In this document: positions 1-13,867 of the stretch, in pieces
How positions within the stretch are numbered: the stretch's first letter is position 1
How the letters are laid out: each line of letters starts with the position of its first letter
Assembly (NCBI RefSeq): GCF_009914755.1
Contig: NC_060937.1
DNA from: the human T2T-CHM13v2.0 reference genome, Homo sapiens
DNA length: 64,000 bases
Direction: 5' to 3' (one strand)
Notes under the pieces: generated by a model
The model's database searches: none
Told to the model about the DNA's origin: nothing
Seen by the model: only the letters and a program-made list of their open reading frames with translations
Made by a program: the position numbers and the translations under genes

Positions 1-575
1 TGGCTCTGAAGGTCTCTGTGTGACTATGGAGGTCGCGTCCCATGTGGCTGTGGAGGTCGCTGTGTGGCTATGGAGGTCGCGTCCCGTGTGGCTGTAGAGG
101 TCGCTGTGTGACTATGGAGGTCTCGTCTGTGTGGCTGTGGAGGTCGCTGTGTGACTATGGAGGTCGCGTCCCATGTGGCTGTGGAGGTCGCTGTGTGACT
201 ATGGAGGTCTCGTCCGTGTGGCTGTGGAGGTCGCGTGTGTGACTATGGAGGTCTCGTCCATGTGGCTGTGGCGGTCTCTGTGTGACTATGGAGGTCTCGT
301 CTGTGTGGCTGTGGAGGTCTTTGGGTGACTATGGTGGTCACGTCCCATGGTCCCATGTGGCTGTGGAGGTCGTGTGTGACTATGGAGGTCTCGTCCACGT
401 GGCTGTGGAGGTCTTTGTGTGACTATGGAGGTCACGTCCCATGTGGCTGTGGAGGTCGCTGTGTGACTATGGAGGTCTCATCTGTGTGGCTGTGGAGGTC
501 TTTGTGTGACTATGGAGGTCACGTCCCATGTGGCTGTGGAGGTCTCTGTGTGACTATGGAGGTCATGTCCCACAG
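1..575. repeat. Minisatellite/VNTR, ~43-44 bp unit (two related half-units TGTGACTATGGAGGTC.. / TGTGGCTGTGGAGGTC..), >=13 copies, runs off window start; CUL4A intron 2
   Basis: TG(A/G)CTATGG recurs at 21, 65, 109, 152, 196, 240 and onward. Confidence 0.95.
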
Positions 576-2301
576 CTCCATGGCCTTCCTTGTTCTGTCT
601 TCCACATCTGAGAGCAGGGATTGCCCTTATCCGCAGTGAGCATTTTGTTTAAGTAGCAGTGAGTTCACTCCAGGCAATGCTTTGACACTATAAATAGACG
701 TGTATTTGACATTCACACACGTGTCTGTTGAGCTAATACAGACAATCATTTGATGAACCTGCTAGTTAGGAAGTAGCTGTGATGTGAGAAGAGACAGTGC
801 TGGCTGTAGATATACACCAAATTTCCTCACTTGGCTGTTGATACAAGGAAAGCATCTTGATACTAATAGGAGTAGAATGCAAATGATACTTCTCTACCTC
901 CGATCATTGGATTACATTCCTTTTCTCTGGGGTGAATCTTTAAAATGCTAATGGCCTGAGTGCACCAACATGAAGCACACAGTACCATCTGATTAGTTGC
1001 TTTATGCATCCAGAGAGGGTATTTCTAAATCTCAAAGTATGATTGAGTGTCAAAAATCCATTTGGGGGAGGGGCAACTCCTGTGTTGTGCTGCTTCTATA
1101 ACAGCACAAAAAAGTCTTCCAGTATGTTCCTGCCAGCAAGGAGTTGGCAGGGCGGGGAGAAACAAAGGCTGTCGCCTTTCCAGTGATGAGTGCCTGTAAT
1201 ATGAAGCCGGGAGTCCTGACTCAGCACCTACAGCAAACCTGGGTTACCCAGGGCTTGCCACTTGTTTTGAGAGGTTCTTAAATTCTTAATTTTAAAAACA
1301 AAGTAAATTGCAGTATGACTCATATGAATAGTAAATGTGCACCAAATAGGACACATAGGAGGCAGAGTGGGTTATAAAATATTTAGTCATTTGCCACAAC
1401 CAGGAAAAGATGGTTTTAAGGATATTGGTTCTTGGTCTAGGAATTAAAACATCCAGAAAATGGTCCTAAGTTACTGTTGATTTTTGCTGAAGAAAATACA
1501 TTTTCTTCATGTGTTATATAAAAAACTTACTTTGTAATAATTATGTTTGTGGGATTCACTAATGTTTAACTACTGGAGCAAAACCTTTGTCGTAAAGTTC
1601 TCTTGGTTGTTTGAGGAGACAAAAGGATGGCAGATCTTTGACCAAATTATGAAGATATGGAATTCAAAGGGATGGAATTGAAGAGTTTGAGAAAGGAGTT
1701 AAAGTAAATACAGAATGTGGGTAGGAATTCCGTTTCTATAGTAAGACAAAATGTAGGGGGAAAGTTTGTATTTCTTTGTTATTATGCTGATAATAAGCTT
1801 GCTAGAAAACAGGATTATAATTAAAAACAGGATTATAATTATTCCACATCCTCTTTTGATCTTTGTAAATATGCATGTATTTTATATGGTAGTAATCACT
1901 GTATGTATTTAACTTTGGTTAATATGTAGCAGCTCTCCGATATTTAGTATTGGAATTATTAATACTTGTGTAAGTATTAGTAAAATGAATAGCTTTATAA
2001 CTTTAATTTACCTTTTTTCCTAGGGGTATATTGTATCCTAATTAAATTCAGATTATTTATCTAAAGTGTTTTTATTCTGTATATCCCCACATTTTTCGAA
2101 CCCCACATTGGTTCAAAACTTGTTAGAAAAACCATATTTCTGTTTATAATATTTCATATTGGAATTGAATGAGTTTAAGTTTTTGTACCTAAGATTGGAA
2201 AGGAAATTTTATTAGAACTGGTAAGAATGTACAAGCATTGTTTCTTTGAGGTGAGTAAAAATATTGTGAGAAAAAATTTTCTGCTTCAAAAAATGGTGTC
2301 A

Positions 2302-2645
<344 letters not shown>

Positions 2646-3290
2646 TTAAACAAACTGAAGTGAATTACACATCTAGCCTGCAGAAAAATAAATAGGAAAC
2701 AATACAGTCTGGCCTGTGTCACCCAGAAAAAGCTCAGTTTGGATTGAATCACTGCCCTGGGGAGTGTGAGGGGAAGGCCCAGCCTGTTGTTCTCCTTCCT
2801 GATGGGAAGGTGGTCACTGAGGGAAAAGATTTTCTTGGTTCTCTAGCCCTGATTTCACTTTGTAATCATCAAGGTGAACTTAAACACAAACACACTCCAG
2901 TGACCCCCATCTCAGACTGAGGAATCGGAGCACCCGGAAACAGGCCTGTGAGGATCAAACCTGTTGAGAAGTCCCAAGTGACTGGGCACCATAGATGCTC
3001 AGGAGTGGTGCAGGCCAGCTGCCTGGGACCCGAGGTCCAGCAGGTGCAATGTGCCCACATTAACTGTTGTTACCTCTACCCCCATGCCAACTATGACTGG
3101 ACTGCAGTGTTCCAACGAGAAGTGCCCTAAACTTAGCCATAATAAGTAATTTATTTGTAGATTCCTGAAGTACTGGGGTAGGGTGTGGGGTGCCTTTTTC
3201 TTATGATTACAGCTATGTTAACAATAGGGTTTTTTTATGAACCAATCTGTTGTTCATACTGAAGAATTGATGTAGCCCTTTTGTTTGCAG

Positions 3291-3394
3291 GCTGTGGAAA
3301 ATCTCTGTTCTCACAAAGTCTCCCCAATGCTCTACAAGCAACTGCGTCAGGCCTGTGAAGACCACGTCCAGGCACAGATCCTTCCGTTTAGAGA
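3291..3394 (+). CDS. CUL4A: Cullin-4A exon 3 ([35 protein letters not shown])
   Basis: tttgcag acceptor; 104 nt; translation matches CUL4A residues 89-123; ends at non-canonical U12 donor GA|ATATCCTTT. Confidence 0.97.
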
Positions 3395-3675
3395 ATATCC
3401 TTTTTTTGGTTCATAAAGTTTCTATTCATTATCTAAGTCTTTTAAAACTGAACATTATTATGATAAAGAGCTAATGAGTATCCTTAATATTAAAACAACA
3501 GCTTTTAAAGTTCTCTTTTATTTGATAGGTTTGTAAGCGAAATTTACCATTTAAATTATTTTGCTGATTTGAATTAAAGGGAAACCGTGTTCATTTATTG
3601 GGTATGGTTGAAGTATTTAGGAAATGTTCTGAAAAATGTCTTCAAGTTTGAGTATCCTTTATTCTAATAAACACC

Positions 3676-4183
3676 ATCTGCATTGGCTTTCTGTGATAGG
3701 CAACAAAGTCCCATCGACTTGGCGACTTATGGAGACACCCACTTATCAGCGCACAGTTGTGTCTGTCAGGAGGCCAGGCAGGATTCAGTGGATTCTATGC
3801 TCAGTCTCACGGGCAGAGTCAAGGTGTCAGCCAGGTTGGGGCCTCACCTGAGGTCTTTGCTAGCACGGGCAGGCAGTTGGCGGAAGCCAGTTCCTGTGGT
3901 AGTGGGACTGAGGGCCCTGCCTTCTGTCCCGTGTTGCTTGGTGTCACTCTCAGCTCCACATGCACAGGTCCTTGCCTCTCCTCTCACAGCACGACTCTTT
4001 TCTGCTTCTAGACCAGCAGGAGAATCTGCCTGTCTGACCTGCTGAGATAGGGCCTTATATGATGTAACCCGTAACCCAGTCAAGGAATGATGACCTTCGT
4101 ATTCACAGCCTCGTTCACAGTTGCGTGTGAGGCATCCTCCACGTGGGGACAGGGCAGGAGCATCTCAGAATTCTGCTGCCACA
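3676..4183 (-). mobile_element. MaLR LTR (MLT1-like), degenerate
   Basis: MLT1-like phrases (CACAGTTGTGTCTGTCAGGAGGCCAGGCA..GCTCAGTCTCAC..AGTCAAGGTGTCAGCCAGG; ends CATCTCAGAATTCTGCTGCCACA); by eye. Confidence 0.6.
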
Positions 4184-5900
4184 CCAGCTGTGACTCAGAC
4201 GTCTACAGGGGAGTCTCTGGGCTCCTTGGCATCCTATAGAAAATCCTTTAATCTGGACTCAATCTCATTCCCCAGCCTCCTCCCAGTACTGTAGCTGTCC
4301 ATGTGTCTCATTGGGTAGGAATTAGAAAGTAGAGTTTATAATTGCAGAAAATCTACTTGTGGCTGTACTTTTCTAGGCCTCCGTTTCTTCATGTGTAAAA
4401 TTAGGTGGTTTGTGTTTGCTTATTTCTAAGTGTTCTTCTAGTTCAAGGAAACTTCTGCTCCCCCATCTCCCTGATCTTGGGAAACTAAACCATTCTGAGT
4501 TCATTGGAAGGGTCCTCAGGGAATCTGCAGCAGTTGGTGCTGCTGAAGTTGAAGCACGTGACAGGGAAGCTGAAATGCAGGGTGAGAGGTCTCTGTTTAG
4601 ACAATCTCCACAGCACCCCGCACAGATGTGAGTGAAGTCGGTTCCAGCTCTGTTGTGCTGGCTTCTGTAAATACGCCTCTGCAGTGTTTTCCAGCAAAGC
4701 CCTTTCCTAAAGATCATGAGGTCGTTCAAGAGATCAGTGACCGCACACCACCTTTTGGAACCTGGCCAAAGTGCACCTTATCTCAGGAGGCGCCTGTGAG
4801 GGCGCACAGAAGCAGGCCCCGCCCCAGTGCCACGGCTCAGCAATGCGCTTCCAGGAACCTACGTTCCAGATGTTTCCATCCAAAAAGCGGCCTGACTCCT
4901 AGGCTTGGGGGAAGTCTTTAGCAGATGCCCAAGCCTTCTCCCAAAGACTTAGGCGTTTATGAGAGTCAGTAGGCGGTGATTGTTCCTACTCTAGTTGCTG
5001 TCCCAATTTACTTGAAAACGACTATCTGATTACCTGATCAAATGAATCTTTTGCCAGTTACTCCTACTCTGTGGGTTGACTAATGTGCCATCAGTTCACT
5101 CACTGCACAAGCACTTGCTTTCTACCTACTGCACTGGCACCGCAAAATGGAAAGTGACCCCCATGCCTGATTTCTACCCTCCAAGAAGTCGCAGGCTTAT
5201 GGGAGAGGCAGGGGAATTACTGTATTTCCCTGGTGCAGTGGCAAAACTGTGATTACAAAAATTATCATTTGGTTCATTAAAGGCAAAAGAAAAAAACACT
5301 ACCGTATTAAATGCCCTTATTAGTCATGAGACAAGATCTTGAGTTGAGAACTGCGCGTCAGGCCAGGAATGGTGGCATGTGAAGCATCTGGGGCAGAGCC
5401 TCCCAGAGGAGACCCTCCTGAAGGGATGGGGAGGATGCGCCCTCCTGTGGCTGTGGCACCAGAAGCAGAGCGTGGAGGGTGCTCTGGAAACCCCGAGCAG
5501 CGGGCACAACTAGAACTCCAGAGACCTGGTGGCCCTTAGGCTGTGATGCTAAGTTGCAGACTGAATTTGAATCTTTGTGGATACTACCAAGGAGTCAGAC
5601 TTCAGTCTGTGAGTATCCCAGAGTCCTCACAGGTTTTTTAAGCAAGAAACCAGAATTAGATTGTTCATGGAGGTCACTCTGGCAGAATGATGGGATAAGT
5701 TTACATATAGACCAGCACACCACAGCCTTCCATTGGGTCGGCACATGTTTTTAAGTATCTGTCATGTGCTAGGTATGATGCCAGGCCCTGGGAAAATAAA
5801 TCTGAGCAGAATGGGATTCTGTCCCTTTGGAGCTTAAACCCGAATGGCGGTGGCAAAAGCATCAGGATAAGCATTTATGCAGTGCTGTGATAAGGGTTTT

Positions 5901-6221
5901 TTTTGTTTTGTTTTTTTGTGTTATTTATTTATTTATTTTTGTGAGATGGAGTCTTGCTCTGTCACCCAGGCTAGAGTGCAGTGGCACGATCTCGGCTCAC
6001 TGCACCTCTCCCTCCTGGGTTCAAGCCATTCTCCTGCCTCGGCCTTTCCAGTAGCTGGGATTACAGGCGCCCACCACCATGCTCGGCTAATTTTTGTATT
6101 TTTAGTAGAGACGGGGTTTCACCACATTGGCCAGGCTGGTCTCGAACTCCTGACCTCGTGATCCACCTGCCTCAGCCTCCCAAAGTGCTGGGATTACAGG
6201 CGTGAGCCACCGCGTCTGGCC
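5901..6221 (-). mobile_element. Alu (AluS-like) with 15-bp TSD
   Basis: Reverse Alu; TSD TGTGATAAGGGTTTT at 5886-5900 and 6222-6236. Confidence 0.95.
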
Positions 6222-6778
6222 TGTGATAAGGGTTTTCAAAGGTTCAGATAAGCTCCTGGGACCTAAAGAAAGAGCAGCTAGCCCACCTGTGTAGGGGAGC
6301 ATTGCAGGGGCGAAGCGATGTCTGGGCCATGTCCTAAAGGATGGATGAGGAAGTGGCAGGCGCTGTGGGATGCCAAGGTGGCACAGGCCAGGGAGCAGCG
6401 TGGGCAGCCCTGGCGCTGAGGAAGCTTACTGGGCAGAAGAGCCAGGTATGCTGCTGGGTGTGGGAGAGTTGACCACTGACAGGATCCCTAAAGGGGAAAA
6501 TGAGAGGAAGGTGGATGCTGAATTGTGGAGGAGCCTTTGTTGAACCAAGAGGTTGAGGTTTATCTGAAGGTGGAGATTGAGCCAAGGTGTTCAGGCACAG
6601 CATGGCTGGGTTATGTTGGTAAGAAGTTAGTGTGCCTGTGTGTGTGCACTGTGGTGTGAGGGGTCACACCACAATGGTTTGACTGGGCAGCAAAACCACA
6701 GGGTGGAATGGCAGCATCCTGCCAGCAAACCTCTTATGGTTAGAGGGAAAGGATCTGACTGCTGTGGAAGGATGAACC

Positions 6779-6888
6779 AGACACGGATTGAGGCGGGGAG
6801 GGTCTGTCGTGGTCACGTTGATTTGGAAGGAGGAGACACGGATTGAGGCGGGGAGGGTCTGTCGTGGTCATGTTGATTTGGAAGGAGG
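6779..6888. repeat. 55-bp tandem duplication (2 copies)
   Basis: AGACACGGATTGAGGCGGGGAGGGTCTGTCGTGGTCA(C/T)GTTGATTTGGAAGGAGG twice. Confidence 0.9.
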
Positions 6889-6992
6889 TGAGGAGGCACT
6901 CAGGTAGAGATGCCTGTTGTGCATTTGGGGCTGGAGACACAGATCCAGTGGCTCCAGACATGGATGAGATGCCCAGGAAAAATGAGCAGAGT

Positions 6993-7295
<303 letters not shown>

Positions 7296-7735
7296 TCAGG
7301 AAGATGAGAGGAGAACCTGGAGAGTCATCTTGTGGGAATCGAGGGGCGAGTTTAATATGGCAGGCGGCTTAGTGACCAGTAAGTAGAGTCTGAGGGGATG
7401 ATGAGACCAGGAAGTGGCTGGTTACTGTGATGAAGGCTTTTAGGCTACATTCGTACGTTAACCTAGTAAACATGGGGTGTTTCTGTCCAACTCAGCACTG
7501 TGCGTTGGGGACCAGGGACAGGCATGAATGGCACGGGTCCTGCTCTCAAAAAGCTTGTTTTTGCTGGAAGAGAGTTCTGACCCAGCCCAGTCTCACATGG
7601 GGAAATGTTAATGTGATGGCAGATGCTGAGATACTGTGTGGCAGGGAGTATTCCAAGGTCTGCATATTCAGATTTCTTTTGCCTCTGGGATATTCCAGTA
7701 CTTCAAGTAACTCTACTTTCTAAGATTTAAGTAAT

Positions 7736-8042
7736 TTGTTGTTGTTGTTGTTGTTTTGAGACGGAGTTTCGCTCTTAATTGCCCAGGCTAGAGTGCAATG
7801 GCGCAATCTTGGCTCACCGCAACAACCTCCACTCCTGGGTTCAAGCGATTCTCTTGTCTCAGCCTCCCGAGTAGCTGGGATTACAGGAATGCGCCACCAC
7901 GCCTGGCTAATTTTGTATTTTTAGTAGAAACGGGGTTTCTCCACATTGGTCAGGCTGGTCTCGAATTTGCGATCTTGGATTATCTGCCTGCTTCGACCTC
8001 CCAAAGTGTTGGGATTACAGGCGTGAGCCACCATGCCCGGCC
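7736..8042 (-). mobile_element. Alu (AluS-like), (TTG)n tail
   Basis: Reverse Alu; TSD AGATTTAAGTAAT. Confidence 0.95.
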
Positions 8043-8416
8043 AGATTTAAGTAATGTTATGTACCGATTATATTTTGATTGTATGCTGATATTAGATTAT
8101 AGATGAAACCCATCAGATGTGCAGGTAGAAAAAGGGCTTTTGTGGAATTGAGTCATTCACTACCATCTTCTTCGTTTACCACATCCGTTTTCTTGTCTCA
8201 CATGTTTGATAAACTCTGCACTTAGCTGTCCGTTTCAAAATAGATAGCTGCTCTTGGTGACGTCCCTTCCTCAAAATAAAGGCCATTTGTACCCTTGCAC
8301 TCATACACATGCTCAGCCACAGGCAGCTGCTGCAGAACCCACACCACATGCTGCAGGACCACGTGCCACCCAGCCAAGCTACGTGGGCAACAGGAGCTCT
8401 TCAAAAATGTCAAGCC

Positions 8417-8763
<347 letters not shown>

Positions 8764-11088
8764 TCACATTTTCCTTCCCCTGGTTCACCTTGACAGCATT
8801 GCAGCTCTGGTCAGCCACAGAATGCCAGGCAGTGGTGGACACCATGATAGCCGTGTGGTCAGAAGGGAAGGGCACGGGAGTGAGCTGGGAACCTTGGCTG
8901 TTGGGGAAGTTGCAAAGCTCCAGTTTCCTCTAAGTGTGCCTTTATGATCCGCACTGGCGACAGCAGGCTTTGTCTTTCCTTAGAAAGACTTTGTGCCTGT
9001 TCTCACTTGACCAGATATCGTGTACGGAGCACTTGCTGGCAGTAGGCCAAGCTCTGCACATTCATGAATTGCTTTGTCTCACAACACCCTGAGCCGTAGG
9101 TATCTTTATTGACCATATTTTCCAGATGAAGAGACGAAAGCCCAAGAGAACCCTGTTAATGCTCGGCCAGATCAGAGGAGACAAAACAAGCACCCCTGCC
9201 TTCATGGGTTGTGTGGATGAATGAGGGTCGGCCTAGGGCTGTCCCCTCGCGGTCTGTCCGGTCTGTCGGTACAGGCAGCAGATGGGCCACTTGTTCCTGG
9301 AATTGCAGAAGCAGATAACCAAGTGTAGAAAATGTATGTATCCCTCTTCTACCCCAACAGAAGCACCGTCTTTTTGCTTTTTCTTTTTTTTTTTAGTTAC
9401 AGATATGATAGGTAGGTTTTTTTCTATGGTGTAAGCATTTCTGCTGTTGGATTTTGTTTGCTGTTTGAAGACCTGCCTAACTCGTCTCAGTAGGCTGTAT
9501 AAATCGTTTAATGAAGATTGGCCCTTTTCTGAAGTGAGAAAAAGGATGGTTGCTGAAGAACCTATCTCGAGAATACACTATTGACAGACTCACGGTGTCT
9601 GTGTGTCTCACATCCTGGAATTACTTGCACACCATTGTGGCTATGTGTTATATCCCAGAATATGGAATTGATTTTGATGTTTAGAAGGCCAAAGCTTACT
9701 TAGTAAATGCCACACTGATTTTAGCTTACCATTTTGTAGTTTTTTTCTGTGGGAAATAACAAAAAAATTATTGATTGAGGATCTATATTGATTTTACAGA
9801 GCTATTTTAGAGGAAGTATTTCTCATTTAATGAACACTTTACATTGGACTTTCCATCTTAACAAGACACTGCCCCAGGTGGAACTCTGTCTTCACAACAC
9901 CTGAGCTGCCCAGTGGTGTCAGATTGACTGGTGTCAGTTTAACCCCGTTAAGTTTAAAGGATCTGTGCACCCTCATCTGGAAGCAAAGCTCCGCCTTCGG
10001 CTGCTGTGGCCCGCCTGCCCGCAGAGAGGCTTGCTGGGAGGTCCAGGCCGCAGTTCCCGTCCAGCTCCTGGAGTCAGAGCTGCAGGATGGCTGTTGGGGG
10101 TCCTTGAAGCCTGTCCAGATGCACTTGGGATGGGTTTTTTTGTTTTGTCCAGACTGTTTCTGTAGATTCCTAATATAATGAGCCATTATAATTTTGAACA
10201 ATTTGTAAAGAGTACTTCCAGAGGAACCTGTTAACCATTCAACCATTAGGTCTTTGCTGTAAGTGTCTGTTTTTAATTTTCTGGCAGTGCTTCTGAGAAT
10301 TCTGCAAAGCCTCAAGAAAAAATAGAGTAAGCTGTCTTAGCCAGGCCCCTGTAGCTTTGGTCACAGCACTTCCTGGTGTGACAAGGACTCAGACCCCCCG
10401 GGAGCCCCTTGGCTATCCTCAGCACTGTTTATTCCTCCTCAGGCTCTGCCTGGCACCCTACCCTCCCTGGCACTCTTTCTTTGTCAGGCCACTCGTTGCC
10501 ACCCTGAGACTCCAGCTCATGTCTGATTTGTGCATCCTACTTAACTGATGTGTTTTTCCTCCTCTCTGTGTGTGAGGATGTTGTCACCACCTCACATTGG
10601 CTCTTGAGTGTGAAGTGTCTTGCTGCACGGCAGAAACAGACCTAGAGAAGTCCCTTGGTTTGGCCAGTATTGTGTTGCTGACAGGCGGTGGATCAAGAGT
10701 TAAAATGTAGGAAGTCCATGTTCTGTCCCCTTTGACAAGCCATTTTCTTAATCTGTACAAAGGGAACAATGTCTGCACCACGAGGTTGGGGAGATTTTCA
10801 GTGAGAGTGGATGTGAAGAGTGTTTCGTAAACCATAAAGCAGTTTATTGTCATTGATGATTCTCAGCTTTGCATGAACCTGAGGGACACCAGACCACTTG
10901 CTCTAGGAGCCCATATTCTGGGTTCTTTGTCCTAAACTACTTTTTGGGCCTTTTCCTAAAAATACACATTCTAAGAGTCAAGGTAAGAGTGTTCCTAATT
11001 TGGTGCATGGATGAGAGTTCATGTTAGTTTTCATTGAGGCTGGAAGTTAAACCTGAGCCATTTTCCTGTCCAGCTGCACTTTGCCACA

Positions 11089-11215
11089 GGCTGGGCACAC
11101 TGGCTCATACCTGTAATCCTAGCACTTTGGGAGACTGAGGAGGATTACTTAAGACCACGTGTTCAAGACCAGCCTAGGAGTATAGTGAGGTGCCATCTCT
11201 TTTAATTTTTAAAAA
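11089..11215 (+). mobile_element. Alu monomer (FLAM-like)
   Basis: Left-arm only: GGCTGGGCACACTGGCTCATACCTGTAATCC... Confidence 0.75.
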
Positions 11216-11529
11216 ATAGTCCTAGTGACTCTTACCAGGCCAGTCACCATCTCCAGGAGCCCCCCTGTGGGAGTATGTTCAGTGTCTGCCCTTTGTGAAG
11301 TGGGGCCTTTTGTCCCGCCACCTACCCCCAGGGCACTTAAGGCCTGGGTGTGTTTCTGCCGGCAGGGACTTGAAGGTGTCTGGCAGTGAAGGAAGGAGAG
11401 GATGAAGGGAGGCTGGAGAGGGAGTGGCGAGCGGCCAGAGGCAGGCGGGGCCGTGGGAAGGGAAAGCAGCACAGGCAAGCTGAGTGCACATTGGTGATGA
11501 GATACAGAGATCCATGATTGAACTTCTAG

Positions 11530-11884
11530 TGTATCTTAGCCCACTGGGGCTGCCATGACAAAACACCATAGAGTGTGGCTCATCAACAGCAGGAGTCTGT
11601 TGCTCACAGCTCTGGAGGCTGGAGGTCCAGGGTCAAGGCACTGGCAGATTGCATGTCTGGTGGGGCCCCGCTTCCTGGTCCATAGCCAGCACCTTCTCAC
11701 TGCATCCTTATGTGGTGGAAGAGGCAGGGGAGCTCTCTGGGGTCTCTTTTGTAACCCCATTCTTGAGGCTTGTCCACTCTCATGACCTAATCACCTCCCA
11801 GAGGCCCTGCCTCCTAACACCATTACCGTAGAGTGAGAGCTTCAGCCTATGAATTTTGGGGGGACATGAACATTCAAGACTAAT
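11530..11884 (-). mobile_element. MaLR LTR (MLT1A/B-like)
   Basis: GGCTGCCATGACAAAACACCATAGA..CTCACAGCTCTGGAGGCTGG..ATGACCTAATCACCTCCCA..GGGGGACATGAACATTCA. Confidence 0.8.
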
Positions 11885-11969
11885 ATTCTTTCAGTATTCC
11901 AGTTACTGAATGGTGTGTAGTATTCAGTGGAGAAGGTAGCTGAAATTAAGGGGTTAAAATTGTAATAAT

Positions 11970-12277
<308 letters not shown>

Positions 12278-12322
12278 TTAAATTGGCCAGCATTTTTAAA
12301 GTTTTCCTTAGCAGATCTGTAC

Positions 12323-12392
12323 AGACTCACTAGATAGTGTTTTATTTTTAAAGAAGATTAACACGTGCTGGCAGGACCACTGCAGACAAATG
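12323..12392 (+). CDS. CUL4A: Cullin-4A exon 4 ([23 protein letters not shown])
   Basis: AC acceptor, GTAAGC donor; 70 nt; frame continuous. Confidence 0.97.
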
Positions 12393-13185
12393 GTAAGCTT
12401 GTTCACTTTTTCATCAAAACACGACCTCATCCATCTTCCCTCACCCACATGATTGAGAGCTGAGACATAGAAGTTCTGTTGAGGATTCTGTCTGTGTTCA
12501 GTGCTGTGGTTGAACAGCACGATGAGAAAAGCAGGGAAGGTGAACTCCTCAGCTCCTGTGAGAGGGCACCACTGACCCTCTTGGCCTTCAGGTCCACAGT
12601 CACAGTCCGCAGTGGTGACAGGGTTCTTAGATGCCTGCATGGGTCTCTAAATGTCTCTTTAAGCACAGTTTACTCCTCAGAATCTAGCCTGAATCCCAGG
12701 TCTTTCCTGCAGCTGCACAACCAGCGTCTTAGGCTTTGTAGATGTCTTGGCTTTGACTTGACGTCATGTATACATTTTTAGTGTGACCTGGCCGTTAATT
12801 ACTTAAGTGAGAGAACAGACCGTATTAATAGCTTTCCTAAGTAGGTTGAAATCTTCCGTTTTCTAAATGATATCAGTAGGAGACGATGGGTGTATTTCTT
12901 TTCTGGGCCAGGTAGCTGGCAGCTGCTAGAGCTCGCTGAGGGTCTGTTGGGAAGGGTTTGGTGAGATGCGTTCACAAGTCTCCCCAGCCAGGTAGTGGGC
13001 TCGATGGTAGGAGCACAGGACAGGACCAGGGATCATCCTGCCTCCCTCACTCTGCTCGCAACGCAGAGTCAGAGACACACGTCCAAGAGCCTCATCATGT
13101 AACAGGAACTCAGGTTTTAAAAGCTAAGTGCATCTCCCTAATCTAGTAAGAAGTAGCACATCAGTCAAAAAAATGACCAAATTTA

Positions 13186-13479
13186 GGCCGGGCGCGGTGG
13201 CTCACGCCTGTAATCCCAGCTCTTTGGGAGGCCGAGGCGGGCGGATCACGAGGTCAGGAGATCGAGACCATCCTGGCTAACACGGTGAAACCACGTCTCT
13301 ACTGAAAATACAAAAAAAAAAAAAATTAACCGGGTGGGGTGGTGGGCACCTGTAGTCCCAGCTACTCGGGAGGCTGAGGCAGGAGAATGGTGTGAACCCA
13401 GGAGGCGGAGCTTGCACATCACGCCACCGCACTCCAGCCTGGGCGACAGAGCGAGACTCCGTCTCAAGACAAAAAAAAG
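13186..13479 (+). mobile_element. Alu (AluY-like) with 17-bp TSD
   Basis: TSD AAAAATGACCAAATTTA 13169-13185 / 13480-13496. Confidence 0.95.
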
Positions 13480-13768
13480 AAAAATGACCAAATTTAAAAG
13501 ATATCCTTTAGGCCTTGGCTGAACACAGGATCTCTTTAAAAAGAAAAAAAAGATACCATTTTAGGCTAAGTGCGTTAAAATTCCTACAGTCAGATTTACA
13601 ATATTAAAGAGATGGAAATCACATACCAAGGGGACAAAATTAACTTTAGAAAAAAAAAATAAAACATGAGGGCTGTGGTGGACAGGAAACAGCTGTTGGA
13701 TTTGAGACAGCTAGCATGGAGTTAAAAGGCCTGATCTTTCATATTTTGCTAGTAGAATTCATAAGTAA

Positions 13769-13867
<99 letters not shown>

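Noticed and set aside
42-639. Cys/Gly-rich repetitive ORFs
   Set aside because: Translations of the 43-44-bp VNTR
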